A stretch of DNA of 40,756 nt from Actinomycetota bacterium (GCA_041181865.1 JBEGOT010000014.1:1-40756), one strand, 5' to 3'. Counted from the first letter of the stretch, positions 27,614-37,859 are shown. Notes: generated by a model not told the origin, from the letters alone. Translations and numbers: made by a program.

Positions 27614-28768
27614 ATGCAGCCCGCACTGATAGTTGAAACTGCACCTTTGGTGCTCGATGTTGGCGTCGTGCTTTTGGTAGCTGCAACTCTTGGTCTATTT
27701 GCACGCAAACTCGGTTTCCCAGCAATCATTGGCTATCTAGTTACTGGTTTACTCGTCTCACCTTTCACGCCTGGTTATGTAGCTGGATCTGAACAACTTG
27801 CTGTACTAGCTGACATAGGCGTAGTGCTTTTGTTGTTTGAAGTTGGCATTGAAATCGATTTGCGCAGATTGCGAGCTGAACAACGTGCCTTGTTCTGGGC
27901 AGCACCTATTCAAGTGCTAACTGGCATTGCCATTGGTACTCCTGTATTTATGGCACTTGGTGTTCCAATGTATGGAGCAATTTTGCTTGCTCTTGGTATC
28001 GCAATGTCATCAAGTGTTGTGATCGTGAACATCACTCGAAGCAGACGCCGCACAACAAATCCACAAACAGAAACCGCACTGCTCGGTTGGAGTGTTATGC
28101 AGGATATGACTGGTGTCGGTATCGCAGCAGTCATCTTGACAATTGTTGGTGTTGGTGAAAGACCGTTAGCCGTTGCTCTGTTTGGGCTTGTTGGTTTTGC
28201 CGTACTTTCTTATATTTCTTCGTTCTTACTTCCAAAATTACTTCGAGTAGTTAAGTGGGAGCATGATCTTTTCTTAATTTATTCAGTGTCAGTTGGTTTA
28301 GTTCTTGCATCAATTGGAACAGTTTTATTTGGTATCCCGATGGCACTTGCAGCATTCGTTGCCGGCTTGGCACTAAACCAAGGCCGGGAAACCGATGAAG
28401 TTCGTAGGGTTCTTTTACCATTCCGAGATTTATTTGCAGTTTTATTCTTTGTAGTAATTGGAAGTTTAATTTCGCCACAGAACATTCAAGATGCATTGCC
28501 TTTTGCAGCAATTGTGTTTGCACTATTAATTTTGGCTAAAACTGCGCCAGCATACTTAATAACAAAGTTAAGTAGCGTTGATGCGCGTCCAGCTCAGCTT
28601 GCAGTTGGGCTAAGTCAGATTGGTGAGTTTTCATTCGTACTAGGAAGCGCCGCGCTCGCTGAAAATTTAATTACTCAAACTCAGTTCACAGCTGTTTTAT
28701 TAATTGTGGTTCTTTCCATTGTGCTTTCAACCTTGGTTGTGCGCATGTTTAAACCAAGTCAACACTAA
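27614..28768 (+). CDS. Cation:proton antiporter (CPA2/Kef-type membrane domain only)
   Basis: 384-aa polytopic ORF with N-terminal LGFPAIIGYLVTGLLVSPFTPG and LLLFEVGIEIDL, typical of Na+/H+ exchanger family proteins. No C-terminal RCK/KTN domain is present. Confidence 0.8.
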   Translation: MQPALIVETAPLVLDVGVVLLVAATLGLFARKLGFPAIIGYLVTGLLVSPFTPGYVAGSEQLAVLADIGVVLLLFEVGIEIDLRRLRAEQRALFWAAPIQVLTGIAIGTPVFMALGVPMYGAILLALGIAMSSSVVIVNITRSRRRTTNPQTETALLGWSVMQDMTGVGIAAVILTIVGVGERPLAVALFGLVGFAVLSYISSFLLPKLLRVVKWEHDLFLIYSVSVGLVLASIGTVLFGIPMALAAFVAGLALNQGRETDEVRRVLLPFRDLFAVLFFVVIGSLISPQNIQDALPFAAIVFALLILAKTAPAYLITKLSSVDARPAQLAVGLSQIGEFSFVLGSAALAENLITQTQFTAVLLIVVLSIVLSTLVVRMFKPSQH

Positions 28769-29441
28769 ATTTTTCTCGGTGCCGCCAAGGCCACGCTTTA
28801 CCTTTTTCATGTTCACGTTTTATGTCTCGAATAAACCAAGCCACAAAGACTGATGTGATTGCAGCCCAGAAACACCAAAGCGAAGGTAGTTTGTGGTTTT
28901 CCCAGATTCCAAGCGATAGAACAACAATCAGGTTTAATATGCCCCAGTTAAAAAGATGTCGCTGTCCTGAAACTAACATCGCGCCGATAGTTGCAATCAT
29001 GTAAAAAGTTCCAGCAAGCGCTGAAGTTCCACCAACGTGGTAATCGACATACAAATTACAGGCTTCAACTGTTGTGATTCGTTCGTTCATGCTGATTAAT
29101 GAGTCAACACCGGAAAGAATTCCACTAAAAATAATGATTGCTAATAAATTTCTTCGCCAACCTTTTGGTTCAAGTAAATAAGTTGCGATTGGTACAAATA
29201 TTGGTAAGAGTGAAAAAGCGATAAATAAATAGATCCAAGCAGCCGCATCGGCGATGTTAGTTGAAACTTTTCCTTGAGCGCCCCACCAAACAAATGCATC
29301 AGAAAAAGTGTGAACTGCAAATATTGTTGGAAGAAGTGCTATTGGAAGCGAACGTAAATTCTGATTGTGTCTAAGTGCATCAACTGCAACGATTGTTATT
29401 GCACTTGCTGCAACTAAATCAACTTCGGGCGAAAGACACAT
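28749..29441 (-). CDS. Conserved hypothetical polytopic membrane protein (possibly DUF6629-like)
   Basis: 230 aa with about 6 predicted TM helices and an N-terminus MCLSPEVDLVAASAI. I recognise no catalytic motif. The family name is recalled and was not verified. Confidence 0.55.
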   Translation of the reverse strand: MCLSPEVDLVAASAITIVAVDALRHNQNLRSLPIALLPTIFAVHTFSDAFVWWGAQGKVSTNIADAAAWIYLFIAFSLLPIFVPIATYLLEPKGWRRNLLAIIIFSGILSGVDSLISMNERITTVEACNLYVDYHVGGTSALAGTFYMIATIGAMLVSGQRHLFNWGILNLIVVLSLGIWENHKLPSLWCFWAAITSVFVAWFIRDIKREHEKGKAWPWRHREKFSVDLV

Positions 29442-29503
29442 AGTTCATCCTTGCAGTTAGGCTCCAAATGCCCAAGTAAACTTGTGTTTATCAACTTTTA
29501 TCA

Positions 29504-30244
29504 ATGTTTGGAGTGCTGGCAATGGGTCTTTTAGACAATCTCGAACAGCGCTTAGATCGCATTGTTAATGGTTCGTTTTCAAAAGCTTTTAAGTCTGAAG
29601 TTCAACCAGTAGAAATTGGCGCAGCTCTTCAGCAAGAAATCGATACTCGGGCCAGCGATGTAAATGGACAGTTGGTTGTTCCAAATATTTTTGTGATTGA
29701 ACTTAGCTCAACTGACCATCAAAGACTTTCACCTTACTTTGACACTTTGATTGCTGAGTTAACCCAACTAGCGAATAGTTACGTAGCCGAACAGCGTTAC
29801 CGAATTTTGCATCGAGTAAATGTTTCCTTTGGTCAAGATTCATCATTTGAAACTGGTGTTTTCCGAATAAAAAGTGAAACTGGTGAATCCACATACCAAC
29901 CACCTGCCGCTGCAGCGCGCAGCGAAGCGCCAGCTCAGCAGATTCCGGTTGCAGCAATGACCGCAACAGTGACCCCAATGCTCACTGATATTTCAGGCCG
30001 TGAATTTCGGCTAACTAAATCAATAACCAACATAGGCCGCGGCACAGATGCTGACATCCAAATTCCAGATTCCGGGGCAAGTCGTTTACATTGCGCTATC
30101 GTTCTGGGTTCCCAGGTGATTGTGCGCGATTTGGGTTCCACAAACGGCACAAGCGTTGATGGACAAAAAATAACTGAAGCAGCGTTACGCGATGGTTCAA
30201 TAATCAAAATCGGTAACACTACTTTGACTTACAAGAGTCGGTAA
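29504..30244 (+). CDS. fhaA: FhaA-like protein (DUF3662 N-domain plus C-terminal FHA domain)
   Basis: 246 aa. GLLDNLEQRLDRIVNG N-terminus, so the likely true start is ATG at 29522. C-terminal FHA region (IGRGTDADIQIPDSGASRLHC...GSTNGT). Synteny with fhaB-pstP-rodA-pbpA-pknB. Confidence 0.8.
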   Translation: MFGVLAMGLLDNLEQRLDRIVNGSFSKAFKSEVQPVEIGAALQQEIDTRASDVNGQLVVPNIFVIELSSTDHQRLSPYFDTLIAELTQLANSYVAEQRYRILHRVNVSFGQDSSFETGVFRIKSETGESTYQPPAAAARSEAPAQQIPVAAMTATVTPMLTDISGREFRLTKSITNIGRGTDADIQIPDSGASRLHCAIVLGSQVIVRDLGSTNGTSVDGQKITEAALRDGSIIKIGNTTLTYKSR

Positions 30245-30247
30245 ATC

Positions 30248-30709
30248 GTGTCTGAGTTATTAGTAAGCATTCTTCGTATTGGATTTTTGGTAGTACTTTG
30301 GTGGTTTGTTATTTCTGTTGTTGGTGTTTTGCGCAGAGATTTACAAGCACCACGTGATGCAAAACCACTAACTCCAGCTCGCACACCAAGTCCACGTGCA
30401 AATCTGCGTACACGCAAAACTGCAAGCAAATTGATCATCACTGAAGGTGTACTTGAGGGAACAGAAATTCCCCTGGGTACTTCACAGATAACGATTGGTC
30501 GTGCGCCAGATTCAACAATCGTTCTTGATGATGACTTTGTTAGTACAAATCACGCAAGACTGATTCCTCAGGACAAAAACTGGATTATTGAAGATTTAAA
30601 TTCAACAAATGGAACTTGGATTGAACGCGATCGGGTGATTAAACCAACCGTGCTTCAGCCGCGCACAACTTTGCGTATCGGCCGAACGAGTATGGAACTT
30701 CGTTCATGA
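30248..30709 (+). CDS. fhaB: FhaB/FipA-like membrane-anchored FHA domain protein
   Basis: 153 aa with a GTG start. One N-terminal TM helix, then an FHA domain (IGRAPDSTIVLDDDFVSTNHARL...NSTNGTW). Confidence 0.8.
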   Translation: MSELLVSILRIGFLVVLWWFVISVVGVLRRDLQAPRDAKPLTPARTPSPRANLRTRKTASKLIITEGVLEGTEIPLGTSQITIGRAPDSTIVLDDDFVSTNHARLIPQDKNWIIEDLNSTNGTWIERDRVIKPTVLQPRTTLRIGRTSMELRS

Positions 30710-31896
30710 CAAATCTCGCTTTGCGTTTTGCTGGGCGTTCTGAAATTGGTCTTGTTCGCCGAAATAATGAAGACAGCGGATATGTCGGCAATGATTTAGC
30801 GGTTGTTGCAGATGGCATGGGAGGCCACGAGGCTGGCGAATTAGCAAGCGCTGCAACAGTCGCAAGTGTTGTTAATGCAGCGAAGTTAGCGACTGAAGCT
30901 GACGAAGTTTTAACACATTTAGCTGATGCAGTTATTACTGCTGGTGAATACATCGCTGATGTTGTCGCAAGTAATCGTGAATTAACTGGCATGGGAACGA
31001 CCATGACTGCAGTTGCTGTGCGAGGTGATCGTTTAGCCGTTGCTCACGTTGGTGATTCTCGGGCTTACTTATTACGCGATGGTGATTTTCAACAAATCAC
31101 TAAAGACCACACGTTTGTTCAAACTTTGGTCGATGCCGGTGAGATAACTAAAGCTGAAGCTGCAGTTCATCCACGTCGAAATTTAATGATGCGTGCAATT
31201 GATGGGATTCATGCAGTCGATGTTGATCTTTCTGTTCGTGAAGCAAAAATTGGTGATCGCTTACTTCTTTGTTCTGACGGCCTATGTGGTGTTGTTGCTG
31301 AAGAAGAAATTCGAATCGCACTTAGCGCACCAGATTTAACCAGTGCAGTTACTGAATTAATTGATAGTGCTCTGGCTGCGGGTGCGCCAGATAACGTAAC
31401 CGTTGTTGTTGCCGACGTGATTGAAAGTTCTCTTGAAGTTGATCCCGTGGTAATTGGAGCAGCTAGTGATAGTTACAACCAAGATCGTCTTCCAACAGTT
31501 GAATTTCCTGAAGAACAAATTGAAGAAACCGATCCAACGAAAATCTTTTACACAGTTCAAAAACGTAACTGGCTTCCACCAATTTTAATTACACTGACTG
31601 CAATAGCTACTGGAATTGCTGGTGGCTTATTTTGGCTTTCAAACCAATGGTTTGTTGGTGAATTTAATCAAAGTGGTCAGATAGCAGCATTCCAAGGAAT
31701 TCCAACTGCTGGCTTGTACCGAGTAACTGAAGTTTCTGATTTAAAAATTGATGAACTTCCAAACTTTGAACGTGCTCAAGTTGATGAAACGATTGATGCC
31801 ACAACTCGCAGCGAAGCACTAGAAATTTTAAAAGGACTTGAAGATGTAGTGCGCAACTGCAAACTCAATCCAACAACTCTTGGTTGCCCGGGGTAA
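30706..31896 (+). CDS. pstP: PP2C-family Ser/Thr protein phosphatase with a C-terminal TM helix and extracytoplasmic tail
   Basis: 396 aa with NEDS, ADGMGGH and SDGL motifs. TM segment LPPILITLTAIATGIAGGLFWL. ATGA overlap with fhaB. Confidence 0.9.
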   Translation: MTNLALRFAGRSEIGLVRRNNEDSGYVGNDLAVVADGMGGHEAGELASAATVASVVNAAKLATEADEVLTHLADAVITAGEYIADVVASNRELTGMGTTMTAVAVRGDRLAVAHVGDSRAYLLRDGDFQQITKDHTFVQTLVDAGEITKAEAAVHPRRNLMMRAIDGIHAVDVDLSVREAKIGDRLLLCSDGLCGVVAEEEIRIALSAPDLTSAVTELIDSALAAGAPDNVTVVVADVIESSLEVDPVVIGAASDSYNQDRLPTVEFPEEQIEETDPTKIFYTVQKRNWLPPILITLTAIATGIAGGLFWLSNQWFVGEFNQSGQIAAFQGIPTAGLYRVTEVSDLKIDELPNFERAQVDETIDATTRSEALEILKGLEDVVRNCKLNPTTLGCPG

Positions 31897-33269
31897 TTGT
31901 TGTGGCACAGAGTCAACGGCGTTATCGCGTTTCAACTAGGCGTTCAGCAGAACTTGTATTGCTGATTGCAGCTTGGTTGATTGGAGTCTTTGCCTGGATT
32001 TTGGTTGATGCTTCAACCGGTGCTGGCGCTTTTGCTGGATGGACCACACTCCTAAGTTCTGGAGTTTTGCTTTTAATCGCACACACTGTTGTGAGAACCC
32101 AGGCGCCGTATGCTGATCCAATTTTGCTTCCTGTAGCTGCGCTACTAAACATGCTTGGCCTTGCGATGATTCATCGTTTGGACGTCGCAGGTGAACAGCG
32201 TGCACTTGCAAATGGAAGCCCTAAACCAACACCGGATGTTTATGCGCAAATTACTTGGATGGCACTTGGTCTTGTGCTGTTCATGTTTACGCTTACCTTG
32301 CTTCGCGATCACCGCCGATTGCAGAGAAGAACTTTTATTTTTGGTGTGGTGGGCATCGTTTTACTTTTCTTGCCAGTGCTCCCAGTTATCGGAACTGAAA
32401 TTAATGGTGCCAAACTTTGGATTCAACTTGGAACTTTATCCTTCCAACCTGGTGAAATAGCAAAAATAACTTTGGCTATTTTCTTTGCTGGATACTTAGT
32501 TGCACATCGACACACACTTGCACTGGTTCAAAATCGAATTGGAAATTTTGCGTTACCCAGGCCAAAAGATGTTGGGCCACTTGTTTTAATTTGGATTTTG
32601 GCACTTCTCGTATTAATCGGTGAACGTGATCTTGGTACTTCCCTATTAATTTTTGGTTTATTTATTGTTCTGCTTTATGTTGCAACTGGCCGTCGCGCTT
32701 GGGTTGCAATTGCAACACTTTTATTAGCACTTGGTGGCGGATTAGCTTATTTAGCTTTTGGTCACGTGAGAATCAGGTTCGATGTTTGGTTGGATCCATT
32801 TGCTGAGGCTTCTGGGCGTGGATTCCAAATTGTTCAATCGCTTTATGGATTAGCTAACGGTGGAATTTTTGGAACTGGATGGGGCCTTGGCTACCCGCAG
32901 TTAGTACCTTTCGCTAAAACTGATTTCATTGCCTCTGCTCTTGGTGAGGAACTTGGTCTAACTGGGTTAATTGCAATTTTCATTCTGTATGCGATCATCG
33001 TTGAACGTGGCGCGCGCGCGGCTGTTGCTACCCGCGATCCATTTGGAAACTTACTTGCAATTGGTTTATCAACAGTTATTGGCTTGCAAGCATTCATTGT
33101 TATTGGAGGAGTCACTCGATTAATACCTTTAACCGGGTTAACAACGCCATTTCTTTCTTATGGTGGTTCTTCGCTAATTTCCAACTACATATTGATTGCA
33201 ATCTTGGTTCGTATTTCAAATGCTGCCAGAGCTCCTGAAATTGAAGAACCCAAAGTGGTGAACGCATGA
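31884..33269 (+). CDS. rodA: FtsW/RodA/SpoVE (SEDS) family peptidoglycan glycosyltransferase
   Basis: 461-aa polytopic ORF with a SEDS-typical QPGEIAKI region and C-terminal TGLTTPFLSYGGSS. The start is either TTG at 31884, overlapping pstP, or in-frame GTG at 31902. Confidence 0.9.
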   Translation: MPGVIVVAQSQRRYRVSTRRSAELVLLIAAWLIGVFAWILVDASTGAGAFAGWTTLLSSGVLLLIAHTVVRTQAPYADPILLPVAALLNMLGLAMIHRLDVAGEQRALANGSPKPTPDVYAQITWMALGLVLFMFTLTLLRDHRRLQRRTFIFGVVGIVLLFLPVLPVIGTEINGAKLWIQLGTLSFQPGEIAKITLAIFFAGYLVAHRHTLALVQNRIGNFALPRPKDVGPLVLIWILALLVLIGERDLGTSLLIFGLFIVLLYVATGRRAWVAIATLLLALGGGLAYLAFGHVRIRFDVWLDPFAEASGRGFQIVQSLYGLANGGIFGTGWGLGYPQLVPFAKTDFIASALGEELGLTGLIAIFILYAIIVERGARAAVATRDPFGNLLAIGLSTVIGLQAFIVIGGVTRLIPLTGLTTPFLSYGGSSLISNYILIAILVRISNAARAPEIEEPKVVNA

Positions 33270-34714
33270 TTCGCCAAATTAACCGTGTAACTACAGTGCT
33301 GATTCTTTTGGTTATTGCCCTGATGTTAAACGTGACTTTCTTGCAGTTCTTTGAGGCCAAGAAGCTAAGGAATCAAGCGGGAAATCAACGAATGCTACTT
33401 ACTGAATACTCACGGCAACGCGGTGAAATTTTAGTTAATTCTGATCCGATTGCTTATTCGCAAAAAACCAATGACGAACTTCAATACTTAAGAACTTATA
33501 AAGATGGTCAAACTTACGCCAGTGTCACAGGTTTTTACTCTCTGGTTTACGGGGCAACAGGCATTGAATTAAAAGAAAATGATATTTTGGCAGGCAATGA
33601 CAGTCGATTCTTTGTTGATCGACTTCAGCAAATGCTTGCTAATCGCAAACCACAAGGAGGCGCGATTCGTCTTTCAATAAATGATGCTGCCCAAAAAGCT
33701 GCAATCAAAGGTTTGAATGGACGAACTGGTGCAGTTGTCGCAATTGATCCGTCAACTGGTGCAATCCTGGCTTTAGTTAGCTCACCATCATTTGATCCGA
33801 ATTTATTATCAAGTCATAACTCAGCAGCAATCACAGCTGAATACGAAAGATTGATGGCCGATACAGCACAGCCATTACTAAACCGTCCGCTTGCCATGAC
33901 TTTGCCACCGGGAAGTGTTTTTAAATTAGTAACTGCTGCAGCTGCCTTGGAATCAGGAAAATATAACGCTGAATCGCTAATTGATGGACCAAAAGAAATT
34001 CAACTGCCACAATCGGAAAATGTTTTAGGTAACTGGAATGACAAAGCTTGTGGAACAAATAATCAAACGACTCTAGCTAATGCGCTAGCAATATCTTGTA
34101 ATACAGCGTTTGCAAATTTAGGCATGGAACTTGGTGCTGATGCAATTGCTGAACAAGCAAAGAAATTTGGGTTCGAAACATCTTTTGAAGTTCCACTTAT
34201 CGCAGCTGCAAGTCGTTTTCCTTCATCACTAGATCAAGCTCAAACTGCAATGAGCGCCATAGGTCAATTTGATGTTCGCGCAACTGCTCTGCAGATGGCA
34301 ATGGTTACCGCAACAATCGCAAACGATGGCGTTTTGATGAAACCTTACTTAGTTGAACAAGTTCTAGGTGCAGACCTATCTGTATTAGAAGATGCATCGC
34401 CTGCTGCAATTAGTCGCGCGATGAAACCTGAAAATGCCAAGATTCTTCGCGACATGATGGTCGGCGTTGTTGCTAATGGAACTGGATCGAATGCTCAGAT
34501 TTCTGGTGTCAGTGTTGGTGGCAAGACTGGCACAGCTGAGAACACACCTGGTCAATCAGCACATGCTTGGTTTGTTGGAATGGCGCCAAGTGAAGGGGCC
34601 AAAGTTGCGGTCGCAGTCGTTTTACAAAACGGTGGCGGCGCTCGTGAAGTTAGTGGAAATGCACTTGCAGCCCCAATTGCGCAGAGTGTTATGCGCGCAG
34701 TGTTGGGTCGGTAG
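33266..34714 (+). CDS. pbpA: Class B penicillin-binding protein (transpeptidase)
   Basis: 482 aa with SxxK (GSVFK), SxN (SCN) and KTGT motifs. ATGA overlap with rodA. Confidence 0.9.
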   Translation: MIRQINRVTTVLILLVIALMLNVTFLQFFEAKKLRNQAGNQRMLLTEYSRQRGEILVNSDPIAYSQKTNDELQYLRTYKDGQTYASVTGFYSLVYGATGIELKENDILAGNDSRFFVDRLQQMLANRKPQGGAIRLSINDAAQKAAIKGLNGRTGAVVAIDPSTGAILALVSSPSFDPNLLSSHNSAAITAEYERLMADTAQPLLNRPLAMTLPPGSVFKLVTAAAALESGKYNAESLIDGPKEIQLPQSENVLGNWNDKACGTNNQTTLANALAISCNTAFANLGMELGADAIAEQAKKFGFETSFEVPLIAAASRFPSSLDQAQTAMSAIGQFDVRATALQMAMVTATIANDGVLMKPYLVEQVLGADLSVLEDASPAAISRAMKPENAKILRDMMVGVVANGTGSNAQISGVSVGGKTGTAENTPGQSAHAWFVGMAPSEGAKVAVAVVLQNGGGAREVSGNALAAPIAQSVMRAVLGR

Positions 34715-34739
34715 TCTTAATGGGTAATAAGGAGAATAT

Positions 34740-36455
34740 GTGAGCCCGATTAGCCGTTTAGGTGATCGCTACGAAATTGGCCAAATTATTGGCCGCGGTG
34801 GCATGGCTGAAGTGCATGAAGGCATGGATACCAGACTTAATCGTCGGGTTGCCATCAAAGTTTTACGTGCCGACTTAGCTCGGGATCCAAATTTCCAAGA
34901 ACGTTTCCGCAGAGAAGCACAATCAGCAGCTGGACTTAACCACGCAAACATTGTCTCTATTTATGACACTGGCGAAGAAAGTTTCACCGAAGGCTTCACT
35001 CAAACCAGCGTTCCCTACATTGTCATGGAATTTGTTGACGGCGTTACGTTACGCGAAATGCTACAAAATGGTCCGCGAATTCTTCCAGAACGTGGACTTG
35101 AAATTGTTTCTGGTTTATTAGCCGCTCTGGATTACGCTCACCGTCACGGAATCGTGCATCGCGATATCAAGCCAGCAAATGTCATGATTAATACTCATGG
35201 CGATGCCAAGGTGATGGATTTTGGTATTGCAAGAGCGATAAGTGACTCAGCAACTTCAGTTACGGCAACAAGTGCCGTTATGGGAACTGCTCAGTACTTA
35301 TCACCCGAACAAGCACGTGGTGAAATTGCAGATGCTAGAAGTGATATCTATGCCGCTGGATGTGTGCTTTATGAATTACTAACGGGTAGTACTCCATTTA
35401 CTGGTGACTCGCCTGTTTCAATTGCTTACCAACATGTGAATTCTCAAGTTATTCCACCATCGAATTTAGATCCAACAATTCCACCAAGTCTTGATGCGAT
35501 CGTGCTTCATGCGCTTGCTAAGAACCCTGCCAGCCGTTATCAAAGTGCTGCTGAAATGCGCGCTGATGTTGAAAGTGCAATTTCTGGCTTGCCAGTTAGC
35601 GCTTCTACTGACACTCAAGTTTTAGTTCAGACAGCAGCCACAACTGCGATTCCAGTCGTTGAAGATCAAAGCAATTTCGATGCCGTACAACCAGTTCAGG
35701 TTCGAGGAAAATCAAAGAAACTTAAGTGGGCAGGAGCAACAGCAGGTTTCGCTGCTGCTATTGCTTCAGTATTTTTCCTTGCTAGCACTTTGTTTGGTGG
35801 TGGCGGTGGTGGAAACGCTACAGTTCCAGACTTAACTGGAAAAACTGCAGCTGAAGCTCAATTGGCTTTAACAAGCGTTGGTTTAGTGCTTGGAACTGAG
35901 ACACCAACACCTGATGACAAAGCAATGAAGGGAACCATCATCGGTCAAGATCCGATTGCTGGTGAATCGCTGCAAAAAGGTCAAGCCGTAAATGTAAAAG
36001 TTTCAAATGGTCGCGGCGCGACTACCATTCCTGATCTTGTTGGATTGGCATCAACAACTGATGCCAGAACTGCGCTTGAAGGTGCTGGCTTGGCACTGGG
36101 CAAGATCACACCACAAGATAGTGACAAGCCAGAAGGTTCAGTACTTGCCCAATCACCACTTGCTGGCAACTTAGTTGAAGCTGGAACTCGCGTCGACATC
36201 ACTATTTCAAGCGGAAAGATCGCTATTCCAAACGTGCTAGGTAAAGACAAGACCACTGCTTACAGTTTGTTACTTGCTGCTGGATTCAACGTTCAATTTA
36301 TTGATGAGCCACGTGGAGATATTGGTGCTGGAATTGTTTTAGCTCAATCACCACTACCTGGTGAAGTTGCGCTAAAGGGTGCAACAATTTTGCTGAATGT
36401 TTCAGTTGCTCCGGCGCCAACCCCAACGCCTTCCCCAACTGCAACCACACCGTAA
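34740..36455 (+). CDS. pknB: Ser/Thr protein kinase with extracellular PASTA repeats
   Basis: 571 aa with a GTG start after AAGGAG. Hanks kinase motifs GRGGMAEV, HRDIKPAN and DFGIA. One TM helix, then three PASTA-like repeats (TVPDLTGK..., TIPDLVGL..., AIPNVLGK...). Confidence 0.93.
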   Translation: MSPISRLGDRYEIGQIIGRGGMAEVHEGMDTRLNRRVAIKVLRADLARDPNFQERFRREAQSAAGLNHANIVSIYDTGEESFTEGFTQTSVPYIVMEFVDGVTLREMLQNGPRILPERGLEIVSGLLAALDYAHRHGIVHRDIKPANVMINTHGDAKVMDFGIARAISDSATSVTATSAVMGTAQYLSPEQARGEIADARSDIYAAGCVLYELLTGSTPFTGDSPVSIAYQHVNSQVIPPSNLDPTIPPSLDAIVLHALAKNPASRYQSAAEMRADVESAISGLPVSASTDTQVLVQTAATTAIPVVEDQSNFDAVQPVQVRGKSKKLKWAGATAGFAAAIASVFFLASTLFGGGGGGNATVPDLTGKTAAEAQLALTSVGLVLGTETPTPDDKAMKGTIIGQDPIAGESLQKGQAVNVKVSNGRGATTIPDLVGLASTTDARTALEGAGLALGKITPQDSDKPEGSVLAQSPLAGNLVEAGTRVDITISSGKIAIPNVLGKDKTTAYSLLLAAGFNVQFIDEPRGDIGAGIVLAQSPLPGEVALKGATILLNVSVAPAPTPTPSPTATTP

Positions 36456-36466
36456 TCGGAATCTAA

Positions 36467-37093
36467 ATGACTCGAATTCTTGTTGTTGATAATTACGACA
36501 GCTTCGTTTACAACATCGTTCAATATTTGTCGCAGCTTGGCGCCAAAGTTGATGTTAAAAGAAATGATGAAGTAACTATCGATGAAGCTCGAAGTTATGA
36601 CGGTATCTTGTTATCGCCTGGTCCGGGAACACCATCTGATGCTGGCGTTTGTATCGACATTGTTAAAGAAATAGGTGGCCAAGTTCCAATCTTTGGAGTT
36701 TGTCTTGGACATCAAGCAATTGCCGAAGCTTTTGGTGCAACTGTTTCACGCGCGCCAGAGTTATTGCATGGAAAGACTTCTGAAGTTTTTCACGACGGGC
36801 TTGGCGTATTAGCTGCGGTTAAATCACCTTTCACTGCAACGCGTTATCACTCATTAGCCGTTGAGCGAGACACAGTTCCAACTGAACTTGAAGTTACCGG
36901 CGAAACTGAATCAGGTGTGGTGATGGGACTTCGCCATCGCGAAAAAGATATTGAAGGCGTGCAATTCCACCCGGAATCAGTATTGACTGAAGGTGGTCAT
37001 CAAATGCTTGCTGAATGGCTAGTTCGCTGTGGCGATCTAGAAGCCCGCAATCTTGCAGTTGGTCTTGCACCAGTAATAAAAAAATCTAATTAA
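36467..37093 (+). CDS. trpG: Anthranilate / aminodeoxychorismate synthase component II (glutamine amidotransferase)
   Basis: 208 aa. ILVVDNYDSFVYN, catalytic GVCLGHQ, and the FHPES triad region. Confidence 0.9.
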   Translation: MTRILVVDNYDSFVYNIVQYLSQLGAKVDVKRNDEVTIDEARSYDGILLSPGPGTPSDAGVCIDIVKEIGGQVPIFGVCLGHQAIAEAFGATVSRAPELLHGKTSEVFHDGLGVLAAVKSPFTATRYHSLAVERDTVPTELEVTGETESGVVMGLRHREKDIEGVQFHPESVLTEGGHQMLAEWLVRCGDLEARNLAVGLAPVIKKSN

Positions 37094-37811
37094 CTGAACC
37101 TTGCCATGCTGGCAAAGTAGTTTCGCTCAAAACATTTGTCTTCCAACCTAGGTTAACTTTTTGAACATATTGCCTGTATGCCTTAACACCAGGTTCAGAA
37201 TCTAATGCAAGTTGTAATTGTCCGGTATCACCGATTGCAGTAATTTTAAATGGCGGGCTATAAACGCGACCTTGTAGTAACAAAGTATTACCAACACAGC
37301 GAATCGCTGAAGTTGAAATAATTCGCTGATCCATCACGCTTATTGCAGTTGCGCCACCACGCCAAAATGCATTGACCACTGCTTGCACATCTTGTTGGTG
37401 AACAACTAAATCGTTTGCCTCAAAACCTTCGGGTATTCCTGAACCTGGAATGCGCGGGGCATCATCTAATAAAACTTGAAGAGCTGGCCCCGTAACTTCG
37501 GTTAAGCCAGCCTGTTTTTCTAAATTTGAAATTTGGCTATTAAGTTCGGGATCAGTTTTTGCTGAAGTTAAATCGGTAACTTCTTTTTGAAGTGCGTTTA
37601 CATCGCGCTCTAAACCAACCATGCCTTTAGCGCGGTTGATAATTAGCCCGCGTAGATCCTCAAGGCCTGCGGTTCGGATATTGGTACCGGCTGCGGTTTG
37701 CTGACTAGACACAAAGAGCAACCCAGCCGCAGCTGCAATTAATGCAGTAACTGCATGCCTAACTCGACGCTCATCTATTTTCATAATGGACTTATCCACA
37801 ACCTTATCCAC
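37086..37811 (-). CDS. DUF881 domain-containing membrane-anchored protein
   Basis: 241 aa with one N-terminal TM helix and a coiled-coil segment. The position between trpG and crgA matches the conserved actinobacterial arrangement. Confidence 0.75.
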   Translation of the reverse strand: MDKVVDKSIMKIDERRVRHAVTALIAAAAGLLFVSSQQTAAGTNIRTAGLEDLRGLIINRAKGMVGLERDVNALQKEVTDLTSAKTDPELNSQISNLEKQAGLTEVTGPALQVLLDDAPRIPGSGIPEGFEANDLVVHQQDVQAVVNAFWRGGATAISVMDQRIISTSAIRCVGNTLLLQGRVYSPPFKITAIGDTGQLQLALDSEPGVKAYRQYVQKVNLGWKTNVLSETTLPAWQGSVN

Positions 37812-37859
37812 GGCTGGGGAGAAATTACACCCGTGTAATTAAAGTGTGTTTCTAATCCC

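Noticed and set aside
35790-35815. A GGT/GGC run encoding six consecutive glycines in pknB, considered as a slippage-prone simple repeat.
   Set aside because: The codons are mixed (ggt ggt ggc ggt ggt gga) rather than forming a homopolymer or perfect tandem repeat. The run sits in the juxtamembrane linker, where Gly-rich spacers are normal.
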